Shown here in pieces: positions 31,852-45,889 of a DNA stretch of 64,000 nucleotides. Origin of the DNA: the human T2T-CHM13v2.0 reference genome, Homo sapiens. The translations under genes were made by a program, and so were the position numbers. The notes under the pieces were generated by a model, which had not been told where the DNA came from, ran no database searches, and saw only the letters and a list, made by a program, of their open reading frames with translations. Within the stretch, counting starts at the first letter, position 1. Each line of letters opens with the position of its first letter. Where the stretch lies: NCBI RefSeq assembly GCF_009914755.1, contig NC_060931.1, one strand, 5' to 3'.

Positions 31852-33700
31852 TATTCATTTATTTATTCATTCATCATTTGTTTAACAAATATTGATAAAA
31901 CACATTCCATGGGCCAGACACTTCTTAGGTGTTTGGGAAACATTAGTTTAAAAAACAGACAAACATTATGCCTTCACAACGCTTTAATTATAGCAGTCAG
32001 AGACAGACAATAAACATAATAAAAAACAGGTTAAATTATATGCTAGAATATATTGTAATTTATAAAATAAGAATAAAAAAGGTGGAGTCTGGGTTGTAGA
32101 GGTAAGGGCCTGATGCTGTTTTGTATTTGGTCGTTTCTGTAGGCCTCATTTAAAAGGAAATGCTTAAGAGATTGTATGAAATGATGAGGTTAGCCATGTA
32201 GATTTCTGGAAGGAGAGCAGACAGAAAAATATCCAGTAGAAAAACTCTATGACAAGGATGTGCTTGGTTTGTTCCAGGAATGAATGGGTGACCAGTGTGA
32301 CTGGAGTAGTATAGACAGCTGGAGACAGGTTGGAGATGAGGTAAGATGGCTCACACAAGGCAATGTAAACTATCGTAAAGACCGTTGATTTTACTCTTAG
32401 TGAGGTAAGACACTTGGGACATAACATGGTCTGATTTCCACTTTTCAGGAATTATTTTGACTGCGGTGTTAATAATGGACTGAAGGGAAAAAGGTGATAA
32501 CCAGTGAGAAGCCTATTAAAGCAACCTACATTGGAGATAATCATCCCTTGGATCAAGGTTGTGGTAGAAGAAGATGGTGAGAAATGGTGGTCAGACGTTT
32601 CCTTCATTTTGACAACCAAATTTTGTTAAGAGACACCCATGTTTAACAGAGATAAGACTTGAGTTAAAAAGTGATGTAGTTTGGCTCTGGATCCCCACAA
32701 AAATCTCATGTTGAATTATGATCATCAGTGTTGAAGGAGTTGAATGTTAGAGATAACTGAATTTCTCAGAGAAAAGTTGTGAGTTAGAAAGTGATATGGT
32801 TTGGCTCTGTGTCCCCACCCCAATCTCATGTTGAATTATGATCAGGTGTTGGAGGAGGGACCTGGTGGGAGACGATCAGGTCATGGGGGTGGATTTCCCC
32901 CTGACTGTTCTTGTGATAGTGAATTTTCATGAGATCTGGTTGTTTAAAAGTGTGTAGCACTTCCCTGTTCGCGCTGTCTCTCTTGTCGCCATGTGAAGAT
33001 GTGCTTGCTTCCCCTTCACTTTCTGCCGTGATTGTAAGTTTCCTGAGGCTTCCCTAGCCATGCCTCCTGTACAGCCTGTGGAACTGTGAGACAATTACAC
33101 TTCTTTTCTTGATAAATTTCCCATTCTCAGGTATGTCTTCACAGCAGTATGTGAACAGACTAATACAGAAACAAAGAGCCATATCAAAATTTTTTGGATT
33201 TTTGTGAGTAGTTGAAGGATGGGATTGTCTTTAACTGACACAAGGAAGGCTATGGATAGAACACTTTTTAGTGGAGGAAGATCAGCAGTTCAGGTTTGAA
33301 TTTGTTATCTTGTGATTCCCATTCCACATCCTAGTAGAGATATTGAACACTTAGATAAATAAGTGTCAAGGTTTCGCCTAGATGTATAAATGTAGAAATG
33401 GTCAGGACCAATGACTGTCTTGGGGTGTTACAAAATTTGAAGTTGGTGAGTTAGAGGATATTATAGAAGAAAAGGTTAAGGAGAGACTAATGAGAAAATA
33501 GGATATGATGTTTTGGAAAGCAAGTGAGGAAAATGTATCAAGGAGGAATTATTTAATCCATAATTTGAAATGTTCCTGACAGTTCAAGAAAGATGAAGAC
33601 TGAGGCTTGACCTTTGGGTTGAGCAACATGGAAAGTGCTGGTGATTTTGACAAAACAATTTAAGTAGAATTGTGGGAGAAAAGGCCTAATTGTTGCTTTC
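31852..33700 (-). mobile_element. L2a-like LINE interrupted by a MaLR LTR
   Basis: (CATT)n-like tail, TTTAACAAATATTGA, and long purine-rich L2 antisense motifs. Confidence 0.8.
32792..33167 (+). mobile_element. THE1D/MSTA-type MaLR LTR
   Basis: TGATATGGTTTGGCTCTGTGTCCCC...GACTAATACA; flanks GAAAG/GAAAC. Confidence 0.9.
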
Positions 33701-33707
33701 TTTGTAA

Positions 33708-33708
<1 letters not shown>

Positions 33709-33752
<44 letters not shown>

Positions 33753-33800
33753 AGAGAGAGAAAGAGAGAGAAATACAGAGAGAGAGAGAGAAGAGAGAAG
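33709..33800. repeat. (TG)n followed by (AG)n microsatellite
   Basis: Seen directly. Confidence 0.95.
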
Positions 33801-33826
33801 GATACAGTGAGAGATTAAATTAATGA

Positions 33827-34606
33827 TGTGGTAGGTCGCTCCTGACATGGCCCCAGTGATGCTTCAGCTCCTGGTATTTTTTACCCATGTGATTTCTTCC
33901 CCTTGCGTATGGGCTGGACATAGGTCTTCTAGCCAAAAGAATATGGCAAAGTGATGAGATGCCACTTCTATGATTAAGTTATAGTTTTGTAGCCAAAAGA
34001 ATACGGCAAAATGATGAGATGCCACTTCCATGATTACGTTATAAAAAAACTTTCAATTTCATCTTGCTAGTCCACTGTCCCTTCCAGAAATTATTTTCTG
34101 CTCTCTTGCTTGTTTGCCCCAAAAAATGCAAGTTTCTGGATTGTTAGATGATCTATGGAAAGGCCTAAAAGACAAGGAATTTAAAGAGGTCTCCAGCCAA
34201 CAACTCATGAGGAACTAAGATCTCTATTCAACAGCCCACAAGGAACAATCTGGGAAACACTACTTACTACCCTTTAAACCTCGAATTGATTGCAGCCTCA
34301 TAAGATTATCAGTTAAACACATGTGCAGTTAAATTTGACTTTCACATAAACAATAATTTTTTAAGTATAAGTATGCAATATTTGTGTTATACACTAAAAA
34401 TTATTCAGTTTGCCTGAAATTCATATTTAATTGGATATTGTATATTTTCTTTGCAATCTGGCAATCCTACTTGTAAAGAACCCAGAGTCAGAGGACCCAG
34501 TTGAGATGCTCTCTGATTCCATGTTCACAGTGACAGAAATAATAAGTGTGTTTATTATTGTGAAATTTAGAGGTCATTTGTTATGCACCAATAGGTAACT
34601 AATATA
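33827..34606 (+). mobile_element. MLT1F-type MaLR LTR with MER53 insertion
   Basis: TGTGGTAGG...ATGGCCCCAGTGAT...CTCCTGGTATT; ends TTTGTTATGCACCAATAGGTAACTAATA. Confidence 0.8.
34300..34469. mobile_element. MER53 palindromic MITE
   Basis: CAGTTAAATTTGACTTTCA...TGAAATTCATATTTAATTG...ATCTGGCAATCCTA. Confidence 0.8.
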
Positions 34607-34944
34607 AGGTAATTTTGATCCACGCCAAAGGAGAAGAGACCTAAGCAGCTTTGAATGAAGGCCAGAGGAGTACTAAGTAAGAAACTGGAATTTGTACTGT
34701 TTTAATTGCTTGGTAACAATGCTAAAACAGACTAGAATATACTTAGAAGTTTAGGTTTGTTTCTTTTTTAATATGGTCTAGAGAATATCAAGATCCTTCA
34801 ATCCCCCAATTTCCTTATCTACAGTGGATCATGATAAGCTCTCTGAGTATATTCCTAAAATAGCTTCATGATACAAACTTTGCCAAAAATTAAAAAAATA
34901 GTTTATAATATGTCCTTGCTGTGTCTCTATATTTTGACAATAGC

Positions 34945-35110
34945 AAACAGAAGTAGTGTTTTCTGGATGTCAGTTACTGTTTTATATGCTTTACATGTAT
35001 TAATTTATTTCATCTTTATAATAACTAAAATAAATACTGGTTTCATTTATATAGATGTGGAAACTGAGATGTAAGAAGGATGAAGTATTTTACCTAGGAT
35101 TACATAATAC
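34945..35110 (-). mobile_element. MIR
   Basis: TTTATATAGATGTGGAAACTGAG core. Confidence 0.65.
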
Positions 35111-35394
35111 TAAAAGACAAATACACACTCAGAAGACACAGTGTCCTTGACCTTAAAAAATATTAACTCTTTGTTTTGTGCCATTTCTTTTCCCATAAAA
35201 TCTAGATTAGTCTATTACTAGTTAGACTATTATTTTTATCATAACAATAAATATTTCATTTCTTAGAAGCTTTGTTTTTATTTTTTCCCATGAACTCTTT
35301 CTTTTGTAAAGCCAAATCGTCACAGTCAGCCTCTATGTTAAAAATAAACCTGCATTCCTTTGTTCTGCTTATATCCCCTCTGGTGGGTATTTAG

Positions 35395-35590
35395 CCAATC
35401 TGGGTTTAAATCTTGGTTCTGTTACGTATGAACTTCAAAACCTTTGCAATATCTTTCAGATTCAGTTTTCTCAACTGTAAAATGGGAATAATAATAAAAT
35501 TGTTATAGGATATGGAAAAGATTAAAATGATATATTGTATATAAAGCACCTGTACAACATCTGATCTAACAGGTGCATGCTAAATGCTAA
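35395..35590 (+). mobile_element. MIR
   Basis: CTGGGTTTAAATCTTGGTTCTG...TCAGTTTTCTCAACTGTAAAATGGGAATAATAATA. Confidence 0.8.
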
Positions 35591-36619
35591 TTCCATTTTA
35601 CATTCCTGAATTTTTGTTGTGTCTAGCCTTTTCCTTCTTAGTCACATGAAACATGGCAAGAGTTCACATCTAACACGAAAAAATTTTCTTAGAAGACCCT
35701 AGTAATTTATTTTTTTCCTCTCAAACCACAGTATTCTCTTAATCCTTATTCTCATTATTGTCTTTATAGTTCTGGGGATTTTATTGCTTCTTTCTTTTGA
35801 AAATTTATCCCACCCTGACTTCTGTTGCATTATCTTATACTTATACCTCGCTATTCTGTTTGACCCTTCCTTTTTCTGCCATTTTAGTAGTACTATTAGG
35901 ATGAATGCATCATTCACCAAGTATTATTAACCATGTCCTATGGTGGCCATCAGTGGGCTGGAGCTCTACAGACTATATGAATAGTCTGGAGCTCTACAGG
36001 CTATATGAATGCAGTCACAATTTTTTATTGAGCCTTTCTGTCTACAGGCATTTTCCTAGGTTCTAGGGATACAACACTGAATAAAAAGTTGTAAAAACCC
36101 ATTAATTCATTCTAATAAGTTATTCCACAAAGAAAGAAAAAAAATAGCCAAACAGTACGTATACCAGACCTATAGGGCAAGGATCATTAGTGGTTACTTA
36201 GGTGCCCTCTTGACCATTTTTACAGTAGGGTAGGGAAAAGATCTGGCCAAGGTGAACACCAGACTCTTAATTGTGGGTATTTCAAACTATGTGCACACCT
36301 CCATAGACTGCTCAGGGGCCAGAATAGGAGAGCAATTTGACATACCATTGGTTTTACTTCAACCCTCTCCTTCTAAATCAGTGCCAATGATTTCAAAGAG
36401 AGATGGCCAACAACCCCATGTGTGATACAATTGTGGGCTGCAATTCAAGACTTACTATTTAGCAGGTTTGATTGCTCTAAGCACTTGGGAAAAAACAGCC
36501 TATTGCTTTTCTGGTAGGCCAACTTTCAAGAGATGAGAAGAGACAAGGTAACCCTTACTTTTTGTGGGGAAACAAGATGCATTAAACAAGATGCATTAGA
36601 AAAGCACAAAGCATGCCAG

Positions 36620-36980
36620 ATGGTAATCAGTACTTATGGGAATAAAGAAAAGAGGGAAAAGGGAGAAGGGAATAGAGAGGGTACTCAATTTTAGATACAG
36701 TGGTTAGGAAAGGGCTCAGAGAGAAGTTTGTGTCTGTATCAACAGGAGGTGAAGAAGGAAGCCATATAAGTTTCTGAGAGAAAGATCTTCCAGCAGAAGA
36801 ATAGCAACCGCAAAAACTCTTGGCATGGTTATGAAATAGGAAAGAGGTCATTGTGTCTAAATCCCAGTGAATAAGGAGTTAGAGATGAGCATGAAGCAAA
36901 AATTAAGACTTAATTCTTCAGGGACCCTACATTCTGTGGGACACAATTGAACTTCCCTTCTAAGTGCAATGGTTTTATTC
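36620..36980 (-). mobile_element. L2 fragment
   Basis: GGTTAGGAAAGGGCTC...GAAGGAAGCCATATAAG...TTCCAGCAGAAG L2 antisense motifs. Confidence 0.65.
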
Positions 36981-37169
36981 ACATTCGTTAGGAGACTTCC
37001 TTGGGGTTTTTCAAATTGAACACAGCTTGTATAAATTCTTTATTTAAATATTAATTCATATTTTACTCCATCAAGGATACATCATTTGTGTATTTGAGTC
37101 CTCATCCACTTCCACTCTCATCCTTTTCTAAAGTTGTATGTTTTAAAAAAATGTGTCAAACAATTTTGC

Positions 37170-37601
37170 CCTATGGTTTCCTTCTAAGCAGCCTTAGCCT
37201 GTCAGCAACCAGGTAGAAGCTTCCTGCTTATCTCGCATTATCTGCTAGCTGTGAGCCAGCTCTAGCAAGGTACAACCCAGGGTACCATCTTTACTATCTC
37301 ATTGGTTTTCTACTTGTCAGTCTTGGCCCCAGGGCTGCAGAACAGCTCTGTCCTGGCAACTCAGTAAACGTCTCCAGCATCAGTGGGCTATCACTCACCC
37401 TCTCCAAGAAGGATTCCCTCTCAGCCTTGGGAAGGGAGCCTCTTTCCCTTGTTTGTTTCTTCCTTGCGTTCTCTCAGCCCTTTCATAATTAGCCATTAGT
37501 AGGTATTCCTCTGTTCCCAATTAATATTTTTTATATTAAATTTTTTCATATGTAAGTTACTGGTATGGTTTATGTGTCCTGACTGGATTCTAACTGACGC
37601 A
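37170..37601 (+). mobile_element. Old ERVL-class LTR 3' part (LTR33/41-like)
   Basis: Ends ATTAAATT...TGGTTTATGTGTCCTGACTGGATTCTAACTGACGCA; start uncertain. Confidence 0.5.
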
Positions 37602-37680
37602 GAATTATGTATGAGAAAGAGTATGTAGAGTTTATCACCTGATAAACTCTGAAAGGTGGTACTTTAAAAGTAGTTTAGTC

Positions 37681-38820
<1,140 letters not shown>

Positions 38821-41150
38821 ACCCAAGCCAGCACTCTTTTCCTCAGAGTAGTTTTCACAATTCCTAGAGATAACTGATTTGCAATTATTTGAACCTCTGT
38901 TTATATACAAATATTTGTTCTCCAAGCTTCGTCCAAATTCTGAACTCGTATTTTCTTCTAGTCTGTAATTTTCCCTAAATAAGATTCATTTAAGGCAGTT
39001 TCAAATAGTCCTTTGCATATGCCTATGACTCACAGCAAGGAATTTCTCTTTGAAGGCTACTGTGTAATATTTATTCCCAGAAGAATTTTCATAAATTTTA
39101 TTTCTTAAATTACTTTAAGACAGAATTTAGCATGCGCAATGTCCAAAATACAGTATATTCTCTCTACTCCCTTGCAAGTACATTAATTCCCTTTTTAGTC
39201 ACTGTGATACTTTGTCAGAGATTAGATTTGGTATCTTTCTGTTAGTTTAGAGGCATAATTGTAGTGATTAGGTGAGAGGAAGAAGCCGTTTTATAGGATT
39301 AGCAGTGTTCCTTATAAAAAAACATAGCATTTTGACAGATTTCTCTGTTTTCAACAAAGGACATTTTAATTTCCAAGGGCTAATGTTATAGAGAATATTA
39401 CTGCCCATTCATAGAAAACAGCAGGGACCATTGTTAACAACATGCCTACTTTTGAAGACATTGTTCGGATTTTGAGTTTACTTGAAAAGATCATGCCAGT
39501 TTTGGATGGCATTTCCCAACAGGAAAAATCAATAACTCTGTTACAACCATCACTCATATACAGGTCAATTTTGAATACATTTTATTTCCTGCTGATAGAT
39601 GTAATTAATTGTAAAAATAGTTTCACATTTCTCTTTATAACTAAAGGTGATGTACTGCTTAAATGATCTCAAAGGCATGAATTATCTTTTGAATATGCTA
39701 GATGGTTTTTAGAGTTTTTTTTTCTCAGCCAGTCTTCCCTTTTTCTTGTTTATGTTAAACTAAAGTGTTTGCATTATAAAAAAAATAGGTTTCTTTTTCT
39801 TCTAAGGATCAAGTGTAGGAACTAAAATGAAAGATGATCTATTCTGAATTACTTAAGAAAAGTGAAAAGATTTTTTACTAATGTTATTGAAATCTGTATT
39901 TTATCAATAAGTTTTTAATTTATAAATAAAAGGTTATTACAGTTCATGCAAATATTTTATATTTGTGTTAAGATAGTTGTGACAAACTCCCATTATTAAC
40001 CACTTTAGGTTTTGCTTCAACAGTTACAAGCTGAAATCTCAATCTTCTTACAGCACTGACAAAGAATGAATGAGGCAGAAACAGTTGAGGTTTTGCTTTC
40101 CCAGGGTGAATTGCAGGCAGTGTCTCAAGGAGAAGGTGGTTGTAAAAAGGCTTGGCCATTTCCATCCAGTGTGGGGCTCCCTTAATGGCTCATATTTACT
40201 TTAGAGCTCCCCTTTGGACAAAGAGACTTTAGCCGGTCTTCACCATGGTTTAGTGTTTCTGCCAAATCCTGTGTCTCCTCTGTGTTACTACTCTCCGATA
40301 AATATTTTGTACTCTTATCTTCATTTCAGCATGTACTTCTTAGAGAAATCAACCTGTGATAAGGTAATTTTTAAAATATATATAGAATTATATTACAAAT
40401 CAGAAACAGAGACAAATTAAAATTCAATAATGCTACACTTTAATCTAGAAAAATACATTTAGCTAAGTCATCATAGTTACACTGATTGCTATAAATCCTG
40501 CTGAGCATATTTAAAATGCTTATCATTAGTAGTTTTTAAAATGGGAGAAAAAAGGGAATTTTTCAAGGCAAAACACGTACATGCTGACTACACAATTTGC
40601 AATCAAACAGTGATTGTTACAATAGTCAGATAATAAGTGACCGCTGTTAAATATTACCTTTAATGTTGTCGATTGCTTTTTTGAGTAAATACTCTTTAGA
40701 AGAAAAGCAAGTTTATATCTTATTATCAGTAGAACAGTAAGTAATTGTATTAGTATGTTCTAGGAATGGTTGATGAAGGAAGGAAGAAAATTTCACAAAT
40801 ACTTGAATTATTAAAATAAGAAACTTTCCAAAATTTTTGCTGATAGATTTGACATAACTTTTGCTCAGTGATAACTGTAAATATGGAACTAAATTTTAAC
40901 TATACAAGCATGCTTAAATTTCACAATCTTTGATTTAATCACAGGGAATCAAATTCAAAAATTCTATAGATAAATCAGCATCTACTCCAACGTATTGTAA
41001 TTATATACAGAATGTTAATTTGTATGATTCCTGATTTTTGCCTCTTAATATGGATGTTATCTATAGCGTGGTCTTTAAAGTCAGCATTTTCAGAGATCTT
41101 CAAATACATAAAATATGTGAGATGCATATATAGCTTTATGAACACACTGC

Positions 41151-41545
41151 TGCTATTGTTTGAATGTGCCCGCCAAAAAGCATGTGTTGGAAACTTAATC
41201 CCCAGTGCAACAGTATTGAGAGGTGGGACTTTCAAAGGAGATTAGGTCATGAGGGCGCTTCCTTCATGAATGGATTAAAGTTGTTATTGAGGGAGTGTGT
41301 TCCTTATTTTGAGAGTGGGTTTGTCATGAAAGTGAGTTCAAGTTCAATTATACTGCTCTCTCTAATGTACTTTCTTGCCCTTCTGTCTTCTGCCATGGAT
41401 GACACTGAAAGAAGTCCCTTGCCAGAAGCAGTGCCCTGGACTTTGGACTTCCCAGAATCCAAAACTGTAAGAAATCCACCTCTATTCTTTGTAAATTACC
41501 GAATCATAAGTATTCTGTTATAGCAACAAAAAATGGACTAAGTCA
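41151..41545 (+). mobile_element. MSTC/MSTD MaLR solo LTR
   Basis: TGCTATTGTTTGAATGTG...GGAAACTTAATCCCCAGTGCAACAGT...TGTTATAGCAACAAAAAATGGACTAAG. Confidence 0.88.
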
Positions 41546-41729
41546 TCACTAACATAAAACTCTTCATTAGTTTGTTTTGAAAGAGTTTAAGAGAATCCCT
41601 GGTTAGATCCAGAGGTTATAGCCTACAACTATTACTGTTGTTCCCCTTCTACCTACCTATATTTTGAGTTCTACAGCACAGTGCAGAGAAGTCATCCCAG
41701 GGAGCGCTAAATACTTGATGCTTTAATAA

Positions 41730-42282
41730 TGTCAGAGTTGCTTGAACCAGAGCAACTCCATCTTGAATAGGGGCTGTGTAAAATGAGGCTAAGACCTACT
41801 GGGCTGCATTCCCAGGTGGTTAAGGCAGTGTAAGTCATAGGATGAGATAGGAGGTTGGCACAAGAACAGGTAATAAAGACCTTGCTGATAAAACAGTTTG
41901 CAGTAAAGAAGCCAGCTAAAACTCACCCAAACCAAGATGGTGATGAGAGTGACCTCTGGTTGTCCTCACTTGCTACACTCCCAACCATCACTTTGACAGT
42001 TTACAAATGGCATGCCAATGTCAGACAGTTATGCTGCACGGTCTAAAAAGGGGAGGCATGAATAATCCACCTCTTATTTAGCATATCAAGAAATAACCAT
42101 AAACATGGGCAACCAGCAGCCCCCGGCTCTGCTCTGTCTATGAAGTAGTCATTCTTTTATTCCTTTACTTTCTTAATAAACTTGCTTTCACTTTACTCTA
42201 TGGACTCGCTCTGAATTCTTTCTTGTATGAGTTCCAAGAACCCTCTCTCGGAGGTCTGAATCTGGACCTCTTTCCTGTAACA
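41730..42282 (+). mobile_element. MER41A solo LTR (ERV1)
   Basis: TGTCAGAG...TGAACCAGAGCAACTCCATCTTG...TTTCCTGTAACA, 553 bp; lacks the tandem GAS block of MER41B. Confidence 0.88.
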
Positions 42283-43892
42283 ATGGGATTCCAAAAAGTT
42301 TGTACTTTAAGAGCGATGATTTCTCACAGCTAAAATACTTATTTTATCTTTGCAGGCCTTTAGGATTTACAGCTCCATCTCAGTTTTTCAACTTCTTAAA
42401 TGCTCATTATAGTTTTCTACCACTTTCAAGAAGCTTCCTCCTGCAATACAAGGTAGCATTTATCTTTCTCCTAGCTAGTCTTAGAATTTATTGTTTATGA
42501 TATATACTTTAGCATTTAATTATATTCAAGTTAATACTTTCTTGCTGTATTTTTAGATTTTTCTGTAATTTTTAAAGTACTCAGTGTGTTATTTTTCCTA
42601 AAATGTTGTAACTTTTTAGAGATGAACTATGACAAATATTTATCTTGTATCAATTTTTCCCCCAAAGTATTGTAACTTCTAGCAGGGATGATCCATGAGT
42701 ATGTTTAAAGTTTTGTAACTCTTTTATTAAATTGAACTGAGAGTAAATCTATTGTGGATAATGCTGTTCTTGGTGTTATCTTCAGTTAATATGGCTGAAT
42801 GAATGGAGCGAGCCATTCAGAGATAGTGCATTTCAAATGTGTTTGGTTTCCATTAATAAAATTCAATATAGATATGAGACTCACTCTATTGAAAAATCTG
42901 AAGATGCAATAAAAGAATAAAATAAAACATATCTATTTTATTTTATAGCTTCGGAATTTGGCCATAGCTTTATTAGGAGCTATAAAAAATGGGAGAGCAT
43001 TTTCAATGTATAGTTTTCTTAAACTAGGATATAATTTGGTTTCTTTTTCTTGATTCCTCTTCATCTCCCAAAATTACATCGGTGAAACAAATCTGATGTC
43101 CTGCATTGCCACACCAGGTTTCATCTTTCAGACTGAAGGAGCCAAGAACATTTGTGTGGGCTTAGTGAAATAAAGATGGATATAATTTGTTTGGCTGTAG
43201 CAGGTCTTGCAGAATCTATTTGCTGAGCGTTAAAAATCTTCAGATACTGTTCTAAGTGTTAGTAAAGAGACCAGGGGTACTAAAGAATAGTGGTACTTGT
43301 ACATAGTCTCTCAATTTTATATTTAAATACTAATGATGTGTACGTATTAATTACAGTTCACATCAGTATTATATTTAATTCATTGATTTGTATTTTTGTG
43401 TAGTAGTTTATACAGATAAACATGTAACTTAAAAAATTATTTACACTTAACTTTAATTATGTGTGGATTTGTTTACATATTAAACAAATATTATTGAGTC
43501 CCTACTACCTGCCAAGCACTGTTCCAAACTTTTGGAATACAGTGGAAAATAAAAGAGAGGGAATAAAACTCTCTGTCTTCAGAGACTTTGATTGTTGAGT
43601 TCTTGAAAATCTAATGTTACAGACACTAGCATATAGTATTAATAGTTTTTATTAATATATAAGTAAGTAAAATTGACCTGTATAAGCAATCTTGTTGCCA
43701 TACTACTCAAACAGTGCTAAATGTGAATTGTTTTAATCATCACATAGACATGGCATTTAAAATCCACCTGGTAATAGTTGATGTTTTTTCTTCATGCCTA
43801 CTATTTGTGGGTAACAGGTGAGTAGTATGTAAAAACACCGTAGCATACCACGGGCATCCATACCACATAAAAAGTACAAGATTTCCAAAAGA

Positions 43893-43907
43893 GATGATGG
43901 ATGGATG

Positions 43908-43946
<39 letters not shown>
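43893..43946. repeat. (GATG)n(GATA)n tetranucleotide STR
   Basis: Seen directly. Confidence 0.95.
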
Positions 43947-45448
43947 TCCACAATCACAGAAACATAAATATTTATATACTTATATAATCAACTGTGTGTG
44001 AATGTGTATCTTTGTGTCCCACAGGCTGATTGTATAGGAGCACAAATTAGAAACTAGGTGACCATCTCTCTTGGGAGACACCCCACTGATCACCACACAA
44101 GTATGCTGGCCTAAGGCATAACATTTTAAGAGAGCTGTGATTGCATACCTTCAGGCAAATAGGTGACAGATGCAATGAAAAAATAGATGGATTTATACAA
44201 ATATTTCAAGAAAGTTGTCAGCTTTTCTTTTTTGCTGAGCAGCCTCAGGGAAAAATGGGAAATTACCAACTAAGATGGTGTTGTGAAAATCAACACAAAG
44301 GGAAACAAAGAGGGTCCTGCTAATCCGATAGCACACCCATCTAAACAACTGCATTAATGAGAAAGCAAGGTGCTCAATTGGGAGAGTGGCAGTGTATTTT
44401 GTAAGACATACCTTTCATGTTTAGATTTTAAATTAGCTATATTGCTTAGTTCTGTTTTCTAAGTCAAACAAAAATAATAGAATAATTGAGCTACCCAAAA
44501 AATAATTGTAAGGCATTTGGAGACAAGACAAGGTGATAATCCATTAGGGAGAGAAAATTTAACGTTTTCTAGCTCTGCAGAAACAGTGGATAGAAGACTA
44601 ATTAGCAATTTAATACATTAATCAATATCTGAGTTCATTTTATATTGTCTTAAGATCAGTTGGTATCCTGTTCTTTCTTTTTAACATCCATAATATTTGA
44701 CATCAGCCAACACTTGGACATGAGTTGGTTAATGCAATTTTTTCATAAGCAACGGTTATTAGTAATGTGCAAACTGCAAGAACAAAAACTGTCTTGGTTT
44801 TTAGTGTCAGGCTGAGAAAAATGCTCAGTATAAAATTTGTGGATGATAAAGTAGTCTCAGGGATCTGTTGTGAGCTCTAGGGCATAATGCGATGGGAAGA
44901 GTTTAGGATTTGCCGTAACAATTTCAGGGCTCAACAGCATATGTGCCACAGTTACTGATTGTAGTATACTGTACAATGCTGCTTAAATGAAAATGGCTGT
45001 ACATACTTCAGAATATTTTCTTTTTGTAAAAGTGAGCATTTTATTTTATTTAGGTAAACACTTACATAGAAAAGTGCACATATCATTAGCATAGAACTTG
45101 AAGAATTTTACAAATTGATTTTTCTAAAAACCAGTAACCAATTTTAGAAACAGAGTACTTACCAACATCCCAGAAGCCTTTCTTGTGATCCCTTCCAGTC
45201 TCTACCTTCTTCCAAGGTTAGCTTCTAAAAGTTTATTCACTTTTTATAATTAAAGTGAAATTTGTTCCACATAAAATCAATCACTTTAAAATGCACAATT
45301 CAGTGGCAATTGGTACATTCACAGTGCTGTACTACCACCACCTTTATCAGATGTCAAAATATTTTCATCACCCCCAGAGAAAACCTTGTATCCATGAAGT
45401 AGTCACTTCTCATTCTTCCCTCTCTCCAGTCCCTGATAACTACTGGGA

Positions 45449-45889
45449 CTGTTTTCTCTCACTGTGGATTTATCTATTCTGGATATTTCCAAGTTGTTTT
45501 CTCTCTGTGTGGATTTATCTATTCTGGATATTTCTCTCTGTTTTCTCTCTCTGTGGATTTATCTATTCTGGATATTTCCAAGCTGTTTTCTCTCTCTGTG
45601 GATTTATCTATTCTGGGTATTTCTCTCTGTTTTCTCTCTGTGTGGATTTATCTATTCTGGATATTTCCAAGCTGTTTTCTCTCTCTGTGTATTTATCTAT
45701 TCTGGGTATTTCTCTGTTTTCTCTCTGTGTGGATTTATCTATTCTGGATATTTCCAAGCTGTTTTCTCTCTCTGTGGATTTATCTATTCTGGGTATTTCT
45801 CTCTGTTTTCTCTCTCTGTGGATTTATCTATTCTGGATATTTCCAAGCTGTTTTCTCTCTTTGTAGATTTATCTATTCTGGTTATTTCC
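45449..45889. repeat. Minisatellite of ten ~42-45-bp units with alternating variants
   Basis: CTGTTTTCTCTCT(C/G)TGTGGATTTATCTATTCTGG(A/G)TATTTC followed by CAAG or TCT. Confidence 0.97.

Noticed and set aside
39968-40200. Protein-like frames on both strands
   Set aside because: Several frames look equally plausible and none is recognisable; indistinguishable from chance by eye
41730-42282. MER41 as a canonical interferon-gamma enhancer
   Set aside because: It is the MER41A form without the tandem GAS block
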